A stretch of 64,000 nt of DNA from a virus. Both the position numbers and the translations under genes were made by a program. This document shows positions 46,855 to 57,578 of this stretch, in pieces. Numbering within the stretch: the stretch's first letter is position 1; every line of letters begins with the position of its first letter. Location of the stretch: the IMG/VR virus record IMGVR_UViG_3300021959_007960, positions 1-64,000 of that record; one strand, 5' to 3'. Under the pieces are notes generated by a model. The model worked only from the letters and a program-made list of their open reading frames with translations, was not told the DNA's origin and ran no database searches.

Positions 46855-49800
46855 AATGAAAAAGGATAATAAAAATAAAGAACTATATAACAAAATTTTA
46901 AATTCTGAATCTAATGAAGAATTAGATAAGATTAAAATTACTGTTAATGCGTACCAAGATGGAAATGTTTGTTTCGATGAATATGCTGACTTTGGAACGC
47001 TTGAGCTGCCAGTGGTCGAGAACGAACAAAATCCTACTGATGGCAGTCCTTATACACAGTTTTTTGCAGGTGCTATTGATGGTCCTCGGGCGTTAACTGT
47101 TAGTTTACCTGGTTGGGTTACTATGAGTTTGAGTGAGATTACTGATTGGGACTATGTTTATGATGTTTACCTAAATACACAGGTTCCATCCTTTGAAAGC
47201 GCTCCTGCTTTACCTGGAAGCACTTCTTATAGAAAAATAGTACATAGTGGCAACTGGTCACTATCTCCTGGTACGTGCGTGGGATATGTATTGTTTAGTG
47301 TTGATGATGCAAATGAACCTCCTGGTCATAGTGTTACTTTTAGTAATTATCCTATTTGTATAGATGAAGAGACAACAGAAGCTCTTGTAGGGTGTATTGA
47401 TGTTTTGGATGATCCCGATACGCTAAATAAAGAACTGAGATATATAACAAACGTTACTGTTGCAGGAGAACATGCGGCATACTTTAGCATAAGTAATTTT
47501 ACTCCGGGTTATACTGACGACGGAGTAAGGTTCTGTTTAAGACTAAACAATATTCAAGGTGCAGTAGCAGCTGGTCTAACCACTTTAAATGTACAAACAG
47601 TTATTCATAATGGAATAGCCGACGAAGATTTTATAAAAGGCTGGGGTAATGATGGTCAGGATATTACTACTGTATATGGCACCGAGAATCATAGTATTGT
47701 ACTATCGTATGGTAATAGTATTCAGATTCCTGGGTTTTATCAGCAAGAATATGGTGTTGAGTCAGCCACTGAAATACCGTCTTTTACTATACCTAGTGGT
47801 TTAACCTTAAGTGGCACAGACATATTTGTAGGATATCGTGGTGGTTTTTGTACCCCTGTTGGTTGTGGTGCCGGGATAGCTGATGGTATAGGTGTCGAGC
47901 ATTCTTTATCAAACAATAATAGCTCAGATGATACCGTAGATTTACGATACAATAGCAAAGTAGGACCAGGAGAAGTTCCTATCGGTACACTTTTAGATGT
48001 CACCTCCCCACAATTCGTTTCAGGTTTGTCTTCATACAGTGGAACTGCTTATGTTGATGGCTTTTATACTAACTCATTCCAAGCCAGTACCGATCAGTGC
48101 TGTCCTTTAATAGATGGAGAGGTTATAACCAGGATTAATATATCAAATACTGCACTGAATCCTTATCACACAGGTATTGGTCCTAACATTCCTTTTACTG
48201 GTGGTATTAATAAAGTAGAAGGGTCATACTTTATATCTTTTGGTGAAACAGATGTGTTTTCTCATGATTCAGCAGGAACAAGATATATTGCTGCTATACC
48301 TAATGATACTGGTGTTGATTTTAACTCTAATGATAATTCGTTTTTTGTATATACTGTAGGGCAAACAGGATTAATTAAAGCAACACACCCTACACAAACA
48401 GGCATAGTAGAAGCAGCAGGATTTTCAAGATATTTAGCAATTAGATATAAAAATACTAGTGCTAATAAATTTTATAAATATGATATTTTTTCAACAGACT
48501 TTACAGAAGTTACAACGTCTCTTAGTAGTATAAAGAGAATTATAACAGTAAGAGATCAGTATAGCTCAAATAATAACAGAGGTAGGTTTTGGATATTAGG
48601 AACCGACGAATCAGTATTATACGATCCTATTAGCAACAATCAAACTAGTGTGGACCATAGGATGTTTACTGGAGTTTCTGGAATTCCTCATAATATTGAT
48701 GTGTTTAATATTCCTAATTTTGTTGACAAACAACCTGATTCTGAGATTGCGAATTGCCAACCTTATGATGATAGTAATATTCAACAATATGGTAATTTAA
48801 TTTTTCCTGTAAATACAGGTTATGGTCCAGCTTTAGATCATTTTCCTGTTCAATTAGATATCAGGAATGCTCAACTAGTAGCAAAAACCGAAAGTGTAGT
48901 CGGTATTAGCCCAATTCAAGCAGGGATAAGTTTTTTTTCTGGCATATCCTTAAATGGCTATCGTCTTGATTCTCATCTAAACTACAGAGCAGATTTAGCT
49001 CTAGTTCAACACGCGTTAGTAGCTTCTGTATTTAACACCGGTACTAATCATAGTGAGCTTTTGGCTTTTAATTTAGATTTTCCTATAGGATTATCTGGCA
49101 GTATCGTTGATTCTTATGCAACTCCACATCTTATTAGTAGATATGCTCCAACAAGTGGCACGTATAACAGAGTTTGTAAAACAAGTAATGAGCTTATATT
49201 GTGGGCTCCAACAAGTACTGATAGGCCAGTAATTTTACTAGATGTTTATGGCAGATTAAATGATAATGACGATCCTGTTGTGCAAAAAGTTGTTACTGGC
49301 ATCAAAGAACCTATTAGTGTGGTTAAAAGCGCACATAGGCATGGAGAGCAGTTTAGAACATGTTTATTAAATGATGGTGGAAATACTGCATATACAATAA
49401 ATGATTATGATTATACTATTCAAAAACATACCTTTGTTAGTGGATTAACTATGGGTCATTATTCAGATATTGCTTTGGCTACTGGCAGTATGAACAATAG
49501 ATTAGAAAATTTTGTATTGATGCCTAGAACTACATATGAAACTAATACTATTAGTGGTAGTCTAGCTGTTTTATCTACAACCACTACTCCTTTAAGTAGT
49601 ATAAGTTTTGCAAATACTGGTATAGATGAAACTGTTATTAGCTTGGCTCCAAGTCAAGTTACTACAGGAGAAATTTTTATTGGTTCTATCACATTTACAG
49701 ATGACGAATTTGTTGGTACCAACACTTTTTCTGCTAATGAAGTTTTAGGAAGTGAGATATTTACAGTTAGTGGAGCTAATGTATATGTTAAATCTGGAAT

Positions 49801-52800
49801 AGCTCTTGATCACGAAACTACAACAGTCATGACCGGTGTAATTACTGGAGTAGACCCCTATATTGGGGGAGTGCCTTTTGTTGATACTTTCTTATTGACT
49901 ATTAATGATGTTAATGAACCTCCTACAGATATAACTTTAAACCCATCTAGCGGTAAAATTGCATCTAACTTTGATCTAGCAACACAAGATTACCCTGCTG
50001 CAACAATATCTTTGAGTGATGTTGATGACTCTCCGTTCGATAATAACGATATAGACATAGCAGCAGGAATTAATAAACAATATTTTAAGATTAGTGATGA
50101 TAAATTGTCTTTACTTGTAAAAGCCGGAAGTGTCTTACAGCCTAATACAGATTATACAGTAACAGTTCTTGCAAAAAGCACAGGAACTACAGAATATACA
50201 GCAGCAAAAAGCTTTACCTTAAATGTTGCTGGACATAGTCCTATTAGTTTAAATCTATTTAATACGACTGCTACAGTAAAAGAAAATATTCCTTCCAATC
50301 TCTTACCGACCTTGACTACTTTTGATTTAACAGATCCAGACGGAGGAACAGATAATGAGGTAATTATTACAGGTATTGACTCTACATTTTTTAATGTTTC
50401 TTATAATGCTGCGACTAACGCTGGCACTTTAAGTGTAGCTAGTGGTTATGTTTTTGACTATGAAACTAGGAATAGTTATACTGGATTTTTAGTAGGTAGA
50501 ATAATTGGTACTACTGCTCCTATTGTTAGAGGTGTTTTTACTCTTAATATTGAAGATGTGTTAGAGCCTAGCGGTATTATTTTTACGCCTTCTGCTAGAA
50601 CAATAAATGAAACTTCCTCTACAGTTGAAACATTTCTTAGTACTCTTACTATTCAAGATCAAGATAATTTTGCTGGAGATGATTTAGTTATTACCAATCT
50701 AGCTTTTACAACAGGTGGAGTTGTAGGAGATTTTCGTGGTGCATTAGATCCTTTTTGGGTTTTTGATAATAGTACAACTGATCCAGATTTAAAAGTATTA
50801 GCAGATAGAGCACTAGATTTTGAAACTCAAAACCAATATTTTATAGTAGCCTCTGGACATCCTAGTAGTAGTCCAGCAACTAAATTAGGAGGTCAATTTA
50901 CTTTAAGTATTAATGATATGGACGAAGCCCCTACTGTTAGCTTACAACCTACTGGGACATCTATTAATGAAACTACAGACACTAGTTTGGGTAGATTTAA
51001 AGTTGCTGATATTTACGTACAAGATGAAACACAGTCTGAAATACAACTAAGTCTTGCGGGTATTGATGGAAATAAGTTTACCATAGTTCCTTCTTCTGTT
51101 ATTACAGATAATCCTACTGAAAGCGTTCTTGTAGGATCATTATTTTTTAATAGTGGTGTTCAATTAGATTACAACACTAAGCCCTTTTACGATGCTGTTG
51201 TAGTAGCAAAAGATCTCGATGCGTTTAGTCCTACGAATGGCTTAGCTTTAAGTGGAACCGCTGATTTTAGACTTGCTATTAATGATGTCCCAACTTGTAC
51301 TATAAATGTAGAAGGTTCTTCTACGGATGTATTATGTCCATTAGATACAGATGGTAGTGTCTCATTAAATATAACTTATACTGGTGATGGGGCTAGTATT
51401 TGTTCTATAGATAAGCCTTTATCAGTGTCTTGGCAAAATCTTCCTACTGATGCGGATACCTCTGTTAATGGTTTTTTTGTTAATGGATTAGGCACTGGGA
51501 CATATACTGCTAATATTTTAGGTGGATCAATTCCTATTACATCAGTACAATATCAAGTTAATAGTCCTACACCTATGAGTATTACTCAAGTAGTTCTTAA
51601 CAATGAGCCTTGTGCATCAGAAGGTTCAATACACATAGGCTTTACTGGCGGGCAACCTCCTTATATTGTATCTTATGGAACTCAAAGTGTAATTCTTCCT
51701 TCTGGTTCTGGCTTTGTAGGTAAAATACCTGTGACTGTACAGAGTTCGGGAAATGTTTCCGTACGAGATGCTAATAATTGTTTGGCCAGTGGATCTAATT
51801 TCACATTTAATTTTCCTAATGCTAATCCTCAATATAATATCATTAGTAAAACCCCTCCTGCTATACACGATAGCTTTTTACAAGACTATAAGTTTACATT
51901 ATTATTTGGTGAAGGTCCTCATAGAATTAATATATATAGTAGCACAACAGGAGAAAAAGGTAATTTAATTACAAGTATAGACGAGTATGACACTACTGTA
52001 ATAGAGTCTCTAAAACAACCCGGTAGTGAAATTTTTGATAGCTCTGGCAATCAAATAGGCATACAACTATCTCAAGACTTGAATTCAAATCCTATAGAGT
52101 ATAGCTATGATATAGGTAGTCAAATATATCCTGGTTCATATGTTTTTGAATTTGTAAATCAAGATAATTGTACTTTTTTAACAGATGTACAAACCGCAGA
52201 AAATATAATCCCCCTTTCTGCTGAATTGATAACAGTTAATGATTTTCCTTTAGACATAGGCACACAAGTTTTATCTCAGCCAATACTAGATACATTATTT
52301 ATTCCTTATAGAATGTTAATTAGTGATAGTGAGGTATTAAGTTATATTTCTAATATTACAGAACGAAGCGATATACGATTGGAAATTGGTAATCAAATAT
52401 TTGATAGAAAAGCTATCTATGGAAGTGTTAATTGTGATACGCACAGTTTAGTTAATATTAAGTTTTTTGGTTTTAAAAATAATGAATGGTTCTTTACCAT
52501 ACCTTTTTATAAGGGTTTTGATATATCTGATACTAGCGAGGTGGATATCCTTAATGAAAATATATCATTGGTTATTTCAGACAGTAAAAAAATTAAAATA
52601 GATAAAGAATATAACAATAATGTTGGAACAATAAAATTATTAAAAGGGTCTGTCCTTACAACAGATTTAAATTTATCTCAATTTAAAAACGATAAAGACA
52701 TAACCTTAAGTCGTCTTTTGTCAGATGGTACTTTTGAAGAACTTGCTATGGCTACTGTAGGAGATAAGGTTTACCTACAAAATAAACATATAGCAGGTAG

Positions 52801-53749
52801 TATATTTATGATTGACTTTTTGAAAAACACACAAACTTCTGAAGATTTAAGAACTAATGATATTTCGTCTGTAAGTTTTGATTGCAGAACAAATCAAAAA
52901 GCTATTGCTAATAATTATCAATTTTTAAATAATTTAAATAATTTTGATTTATTAGATAGTTTGTATGTAAAAAGATCTGGTGGTTCACTTCATGGGGGCT
53001 TTTTAACTCTTTTATTGTCTGGTGGATATCCTGATTATATTATATCATATAAGTATTATGATCAAGAAACAAAGAGTCTTGTAGATCTAAGACTAAATAA
53101 TGAGTCTGTAGATAATAAAACTTTTCTAGACAGTATAAAGCCTGGAGCTTATATCGTTAAGATTACTGATCAAAATGGTAATAAGCTAAAAGCTGTAAAT
53201 GATACTCCTTATGATAATTTTTATTCTAAAATGATTGATTTTATTATCAATGATTTACATACAGATAAAGAAACTTTAAATTTTAAACACGGAGATCTTT
53301 TAATAAATATATACGACTCTTCTAAAATAACAAATCCTCCTCCTGCAATTCCTTCATTCCCGCCTCAAATAACTCCTACACCTCCTACTGTGGACATACC
53401 AACAGTTACTACTACCACTCATGAAGTTTCTCCTAATACCATATATACCAATGAACTTGTTATTCAAACAGATCCTGTCAAAGTTAAGTTTACAGTCTCT
53501 GGGCCTTTAGGATACAAAAAGACATTTAGTGACAGAGTAAAATTAATTCAAATGCCTGCTGGTGTATATACTATAGAAGGAAACACCAAGGATTTATATA
53601 ATAAATATTTATATCAAGATAAACGTAGAGTATTTATTAATCCTGATACTAAGGTTTTAAGTACATTAAATTTTGAATCTTACAAAGACAGTATTATTAT
53701 AGACGGTTCATCTGACTCTAGTTCGTCTAGTTCGTCTAGTTCATATTAA
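46847..53749 (+). CDS. Giant virion adhesin with cadherin-like and SprB-like repeats
   Basis: Cadherin signatures LDHET, FDYET, LDFET, LDYNT with INDVNEPP / INDMDEAP linkers; SprB-like TGGQPPY and SGGYPDY; poly-Ser C-terminus. Confidence 0.7.
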   Translation: MHEMKKDNKNKELYNKILNSESNEELDKIKITVNAYQDGNVCFDEYADFGTLELPVVENEQNPTDGSPYTQFFAGAIDGPRALTVSLPGWVTMSLSEITDWDYVYDVYLNTQVPSFESAPALPGSTSYRKIVHSGNWSLSPGTCVGYVLFSVDDANEPPGHSVTFSNYPICIDEETTEALVGCIDVLDDPDTLNKELRYITNVTVAGEHAAYFSISNFTPGYTDDGVRFCLRLNNIQGAVAAGLTTLNVQTVIHNGIADEDFIKGWGNDGQDITTVYGTENHSIVLSYGNSIQIPGFYQQEYGVESATEIPSFTIPSGLTLSGTDIFVGYRGGFCTPVGCGAGIADGIGVEHSLSNNNSSDDTVDLRYNSKVGPGEVPIGTLLDVTSPQFVSGLSSYSGTAYVDGFYTNSFQASTDQCCPLIDGEVITRINISNTALNPYHTGIGPNIPFTGGINKVEGSYFISFGETDVFSHDSAGTRYIAAIPNDTGVDFNSNDNSFFVYTVGQTGLIKATHPTQTGIVEAAGFSRYLAIRYKNTSANKFYKYDIFSTDFTEVTTSLSSIKRIITVRDQYSSNNNRGRFWILGTDESVLYDPISNNQTSVDHRMFTGVSGIPHNIDVFNIPNFVDKQPDSEIANCQPYDDSNIQQYGNLIFPVNTGYGPALDHFPVQLDIRNAQLVAKTESVVGISPIQAGISFFSGISLNGYRLDSHLNYRADLALVQHALVASVFNTGTNHSELLAFNLDFPIGLSGSIVDSYATPHLISRYAPTSGTYNRVCKTSNELILWAPTSTDRPVILLDVYGRLNDNDDPVVQKVVTGIKEPISVVKSAHRHGEQFRTCLLNDGGNTAYTINDYDYTIQKHTFVSGLTMGHYSDIALATGSMNNRLENFVLMPRTTYETNTISGSLAVLSTTTTPLSSISFANTGIDETVISLAPSQVTTGEIFIGSITFTDDEFVGTNTFSANEVLGSEIFTVSGANVYVKSGIALDHETTTVMTGVITGVDPYIGGVPFVDTFLLTINDVNEPPTDITLNPSSGKIASNFDLATQDYPAATISLSDVDDSPFDNNDIDIAAGINKQYFKISDDKLSLLVKAGSVLQPNTDYTVTVLAKSTGTTEYTAAKSFTLNVAGHSPISLNLFNTTATVKENIPSNLLPTLTTFDLTDPDGGTDNEVIITGIDSTFFNVSYNAATNAGTLSVASGYVFDYETRNSYTGFLVGRIIGTTAPIVRGVFTLNIEDVLEPSGIIFTPSARTINETSSTVETFLSTLTIQDQDNFAGDDLVITNLAFTTGGVVGDFRGALDPFWVFDNSTTDPDLKVLADRALDFETQNQYFIVASGHPSSSPATKLGGQFTLSINDMDEAPTVSLQPTGTSINETTDTSLGRFKVADIYVQDETQSEIQLSLAGIDGNKFTIVPSSVITDNPTESVLVGSLFFNSGVQLDYNTKPFYDAVVVAKDLDAFSPTNGLALSGTADFRLAINDVPTCTINVEGSSTDVLCPLDTDGSVSLNITYTGDGASICSIDKPLSVSWQNLPTDADTSVNGFFVNGLGTGTYTANILGGSIPITSVQYQVNSPTPMSITQVVLNNEPCASEGSIHIGFTGGQPPYIVSYGTQSVILPSGSGFVGKIPVTVQSSGNVSVRDANNCLASGSNFTFNFPNANPQYNIISKTPPAIHDSFLQDYKFTLLFGEGPHRINIYSSTTGEKGNLITSIDEYDTTVIESLKQPGSEIFDSSGNQIGIQLSQDLNSNPIEYSYDIGSQIYPGSYVFEFVNQDNCTFLTDVQTAENIIPLSAELITVNDFPLDIGTQVLSQPILDTLFIPYRMLISDSEVLSYISNITERSDIRLEIGNQIFDRKAIYGSVNCDTHSLVNIKFFGFKNNEWFFTIPFYKGFDISDTSEVDILNENISLVISDSKKIKIDKEYNNNVGTIKLLKGSVLTTDLNLSQFKNDKDITLSRLLSDGTFEELAMATVGDKVYLQNKHIAGSIFMIDFLKNTQTSEDLRTNDISSVSFDCRTNQKAIANNYQFLNNLNNFDLLDSLYVKRSGGSLHGGFLTLLLSGGYPDYIISYKYYDQETKSLVDLRLNNESVDNKTFLDSIKPGAYIVKITDQNGNKLKAVNDTPYDNFYSKMIDFIINDLHTDKETLNFKHGDLLINIYDSSKITNPPPAIPSFPPQITPTPPTVDIPTVTTTTHEVSPNTIYTNELVIQTDPVKVKFTVSGPLGYKKTFSDRVKLIQMPAGVYTIEGNTKDLYNKYLYQDKRRVFINPDTKVLSTLNFESYKDSIIIDGSSDSSSSSSSSSY
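53717..53743 (+). repeat. 9-bp tandem repeat TCTAGTTCR, three copies, encoding poly-Ser
   Basis: Read directly from the sequence. Confidence 0.85.
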
Positions 53750-53760
53750 GGAAATATATT

Positions 53761-56700
53761 ATGCCATGTCAATCAGTTACAGCAAACTATTCACTAGTTT
53801 ATGCAGGAACAAACAATAGTGTTTTTGGCCCAGATGCAACAGACAGAATTTTAGGGTTTACTAGCAATATAGGACTAGGTAGCGAATCTTCTACTCTTTC
53901 TTTCACACTAGCTGGAAAAGCAGGTACAAATGCATTTGGTGTTAGTCCAGCAGAGAATGTTGGACGAGCTGTTATATTTACTTGTAATAGCTTTAACTTT
54001 GGTGGTATTATAAAGTCTCTTAGTAATAGTGAAGACGGTGGTGGGAATACAACAAAGGTTACCTTAACTTGTGCTAAAGAAATGCTTGCGAATGGTGATA
54101 TAATGTTGAATAAAAATGTAGTTGGTTTTGATAGCGTTCGCGCTTGGCAAAGTCAGTACGGTACTACTTTTGTCCGTACAAGCATAGCCGATGTAAATGG
54201 AGCGAACGTACATGCTATTACTGAGAGAGCATCTGTTCCTGTAAACCTTAGAAACGAAAACGTTAATGGCACCAATGCAACAGCACGTCCACAAGCTGGT
54301 GATTGTAGCAAATATGGATTATCAAATCAAAACAGAGTAGCTCATGGTAATTCAACTTATAGTGCAATATTAGGCTCATTATATAGTAATGGTTTCAAGA
54401 TAAAAACTGTAGGTGGAAGTGATACACTGTTTGTAGATTTTACTCCTATTACTCGTCTTGCCAATGGTATTCCTTATGCTAGTACTAGTGCATATAAAAT
54501 GAGTATATTAGACTTGGCTAATTCAGTGTGCGACGAAGCTGGTTTTGATTTCCACTGCACAATAGAAGGACAATGGATTAAGTTTAAATTAATAGACAAA
54601 AGAGTAGAAACTACTTTTGGTAGTGTTCAAAATATAGTTAATACCGCTAAAAATAGCGATAAATGCATTAGTAGTAGTATAGGAGCAGAATTTAAAGGTG
54701 TTAAAACTGCTAGATTTATTACTGGTCATCATATTAATTATATTAAAGAAGCTTACATAGGAGGTAATGCTAAAGGTGCTTTAGTAGGTCAAATTTATAA
54801 TCAACGACCACTATATTCTTATACTAGTGATTTTAATATGAGGTTTGATACTAGTAAGCTTAGCCAAGCCTTAATTCAAAATGGGTTCTCTGGTGTCGGA
54901 GGCACACATGCCGTTCAGGAAAGAGAATTTATTGCTTGTGGAAATTTAGACACTTGGAAACTATGGGGTATAGAGAATCCTAATAGTCTATCTAGAAGTT
55001 GTTTGAATGCTTGTCAACTTCCTGTAACTAGAGCAGTAAGTTTCCTAAGAAATCAAGGAAGCGCTCATTATGTCGCTAGGTCTGCTGTAGAAGCAGTAAA
55101 AAGTTTAGGAATTAAAAGTCCAGGAGCTATGGTATATGAAGAAGTGTGTTATAGTTACTTTAAAAATTTATATGAAACATATTATGGTCAATATTATTTA
55201 GTGGTTCTTAATGGTGGCACAACTTGCTTTCAAGATCCTACAGGATATGTTAGCAATACAGGTATATTTTTAGGAGAAGGCGGTGCAGCTACTCTTATGG
55301 ATACTCCTATAGATTCTGGTTGGCCAGATAATGAACGTCAAGTTATAGGGAATACTACATTAGCCCCTTTTTTTGACAATGCAGGAAAACTGACTTGTTT
55401 TGTAGGTATTCCTATGGGAGACACATTAGGTAAAGGTTTATATAATACTACTTTTGATCCTACCTTAATGAATGCAGAATATATTGTTGAAAATGGTACT
55501 TTGTATACAAAAGCACAGGTAGATGGACGAGCTTATAATATTGGTGGAGAGTTGGGGATTCTAATTAAAATGCCTAGTATTATTAGTCATAGACCTGTTT
55601 TAAGTGGTGGTATTAATAGTTTTGGTTTAAGAGCTATTAGCCTGTGTTTAGGTCGAGGTTTATTTGGATTTAGTAATAGTGGAGGCACACTAGATACTAG
55701 TTATGCTAATATATTTAAAGAGAATGTAGCGGCTGGTCGTTTTACTAAAATTGCTATTCCTATGAAAAATAATCAGTTGGTTTATGGGCCGTGGAGAGGT
55801 GGGGCTTATGGAGCTAGAAATGGAGGTGGAGTAGATATACAAGTAAGAGAAGACCTGAATCCTTGGCAATATGGAAGCTATAGCAATATGGATTATGCTG
55901 GACAAAATTATGCATCACATGGGATTCCTTGGAGAACTAGATACGAATCTGGTCACGTAACCATTGCAGAATCGCCAGCAGAAAGTTTAGGAGAAAAAAA
56001 TGTAGGCGAAGCATTACTAGCTAGTGTCGTAGTTAAATTTGATAAGTCTGGTAGTACAACTACATATAACTATGAAACCTATAAACCTAAATTTGGTAAT
56101 GCTGCTGAAAATTTTAATACTTTTATTAAAAAGAACATAGCAGATAGACGAGATAATTATAATATACTAAAAGAAAACTATCATGAAATAATTAGAAATC
56201 ATAATAGTGCTATGAGAGTTGCTGGGCAAATTAGAGAAAGATTATTTAGACAACAAATAGAAAATAATGCAGGGGCTAACGCTCATAGCCAATCACAAAT
56301 AATGACTCTTTCTTACCCTGATCCTTTTCAGGGACAGCTTTTTGATTGTAAAACAGAAGTTGGCTTAACTAAGGCTTATGATTCTTCTATATTTCAGGAT
56401 CAAGATAATTATGCTAAGTATGCAGCTGTAGGTTTGGATATGTTTTTTGCTCCTGTATCTACAGCAGCTACTTTTGCAATGGGTTATATGAGTCCTAAAA
56501 ATTTGCCTGATGAGCCTGGAAATAATTCAAGTCCTCTAAGTATGCCTCCATTTGAGGGTGGGATGACACCTAAAAAGCATCTAGCTATTGATAATTTTAG
56601 ATTAAATCCTTTTAGTACTAGAGCAAATATTAATTCATATTTTAGTGGAAGAGGATCTAGTTTTGGATTTCAAACAGACTATTGTACATATGGAGCTATT

Positions 56701-57573
56701 AGTCAGGTATTGGATTTAGATAATGCAAAACAGGATTTCAATAATGTAAGGGCTGGTGCTTTAAGAGGCCCTTTAATGTTAACTTCATGGGGTTATGATC
56801 TTGATGGTAAACCTGTGCCTGGTGATGGTAGTGATAGTTTTACTACAGGATGGATGAGTAATCCTAAAAGTTGGCCTACTGGCCCTATTGATTTGAGATG
56901 GGATGACAAAAGAGGTGTATGGACAATACCTGCCGGAGAAAAAATCGTAGCAGCTCAATTAATTCAGCCATTATCAGCAGGGGGTTCAGCTAAAGCTGTT
57001 CTTATTGGTGGTTATGGAGAAGATGTTCCTTCTTCTCAAAGTCCATTAGGTTGTGGACAATTAGCTGGTGGTGGTGGTGGGAGCTATGGTACAATTACTG
57101 TATATGATGTAGTTAATAGACCTTGTAATATAGGTACTAGAATTACTGCTGTACATAGTGGTGAAGGCAAATATCTGCCTTTAGGTTATATTGATACTTA
57201 TAAGAAAAAAGAGTTTGATGGTTGTGGTGACACCGTGCCTGTTGCAGATGAGTGTACTCAATTAGGTTTATGGAGTACGCCTAAGAAATATACTGTACAA
57301 GGACTTGATGAATTTGCTAATCCTGTACTACATGATCTTGAAGAAATATTTAAGTACCCCGATCTACCCGAACAAAGCATGGGAGAAGATATGGTACTAG
57401 GCTTTAGTAAAACAAACGAAATGGGGCAACCTTGTATGAAGGCATTTCCTATTGTGACTTGTAGTGGAACATATCCGGATGATGGTAGTGGCCCAACTAC
57501 GCCGCTGCCTTGTCCTCCTGGGTATATAAGAAGTCCTACTGGATCTGGACGTTGTGTGCGTACGGATCTTTAA
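53761..57573 (+). CDS. Tail tip / hub protein
   Basis: 1270 aa; last gene of the tail module; SILDLANSVCDEAGFDF hub-like segment; Cys-rich C-terminus. Confidence 0.55.
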   Translation: MPCQSVTANYSLVYAGTNNSVFGPDATDRILGFTSNIGLGSESSTLSFTLAGKAGTNAFGVSPAENVGRAVIFTCNSFNFGGIIKSLSNSEDGGGNTTKVTLTCAKEMLANGDIMLNKNVVGFDSVRAWQSQYGTTFVRTSIADVNGANVHAITERASVPVNLRNENVNGTNATARPQAGDCSKYGLSNQNRVAHGNSTYSAILGSLYSNGFKIKTVGGSDTLFVDFTPITRLANGIPYASTSAYKMSILDLANSVCDEAGFDFHCTIEGQWIKFKLIDKRVETTFGSVQNIVNTAKNSDKCISSSIGAEFKGVKTARFITGHHINYIKEAYIGGNAKGALVGQIYNQRPLYSYTSDFNMRFDTSKLSQALIQNGFSGVGGTHAVQEREFIACGNLDTWKLWGIENPNSLSRSCLNACQLPVTRAVSFLRNQGSAHYVARSAVEAVKSLGIKSPGAMVYEEVCYSYFKNLYETYYGQYYLVVLNGGTTCFQDPTGYVSNTGIFLGEGGAATLMDTPIDSGWPDNERQVIGNTTLAPFFDNAGKLTCFVGIPMGDTLGKGLYNTTFDPTLMNAEYIVENGTLYTKAQVDGRAYNIGGELGILIKMPSIISHRPVLSGGINSFGLRAISLCLGRGLFGFSNSGGTLDTSYANIFKENVAAGRFTKIAIPMKNNQLVYGPWRGGAYGARNGGGVDIQVREDLNPWQYGSYSNMDYAGQNYASHGIPWRTRYESGHVTIAESPAESLGEKNVGEALLASVVVKFDKSGSTTTYNYETYKPKFGNAAENFNTFIKKNIADRRDNYNILKENYHEIIRNHNSAMRVAGQIRERLFRQQIENNAGANAHSQSQIMTLSYPDPFQGQLFDCKTEVGLTKAYDSSIFQDQDNYAKYAAVGLDMFFAPVSTAATFAMGYMSPKNLPDEPGNNSSPLSMPPFEGGMTPKKHLAIDNFRLNPFSTRANINSYFSGRGSSFGFQTDYCTYGAISQVLDLDNAKQDFNNVRAGALRGPLMLTSWGYDLDGKPVPGDGSDSFTTGWMSNPKSWPTGPIDLRWDDKRGVWTIPAGEKIVAAQLIQPLSAGGSAKAVLIGGYGEDVPSSQSPLGCGQLAGGGGGSYGTITVYDVVNRPCNIGTRITAVHSGEGKYLPLGYIDTYKKKEFDGCGDTVPVADECTQLGLWSTPKKYTVQGLDEFANPVLHDLEEIFKYPDLPEQSMGEDMVLGFSKTNEMGQPCMKAFPIVTCSGTYPDDGSGPTTPLPCPPGYIRSPTGSGRCVRTDL

Positions 57574-57578
57574 ACTTA

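Noticed and set aside
7702-55905. Many short antisense or alternative-frame ORFs (e.g. 41598-42413, 39537-39968, 30709-31155)
   Set aside because: They are shadows of long, codon-biased plus-strand genes and have no recognisable motifs.
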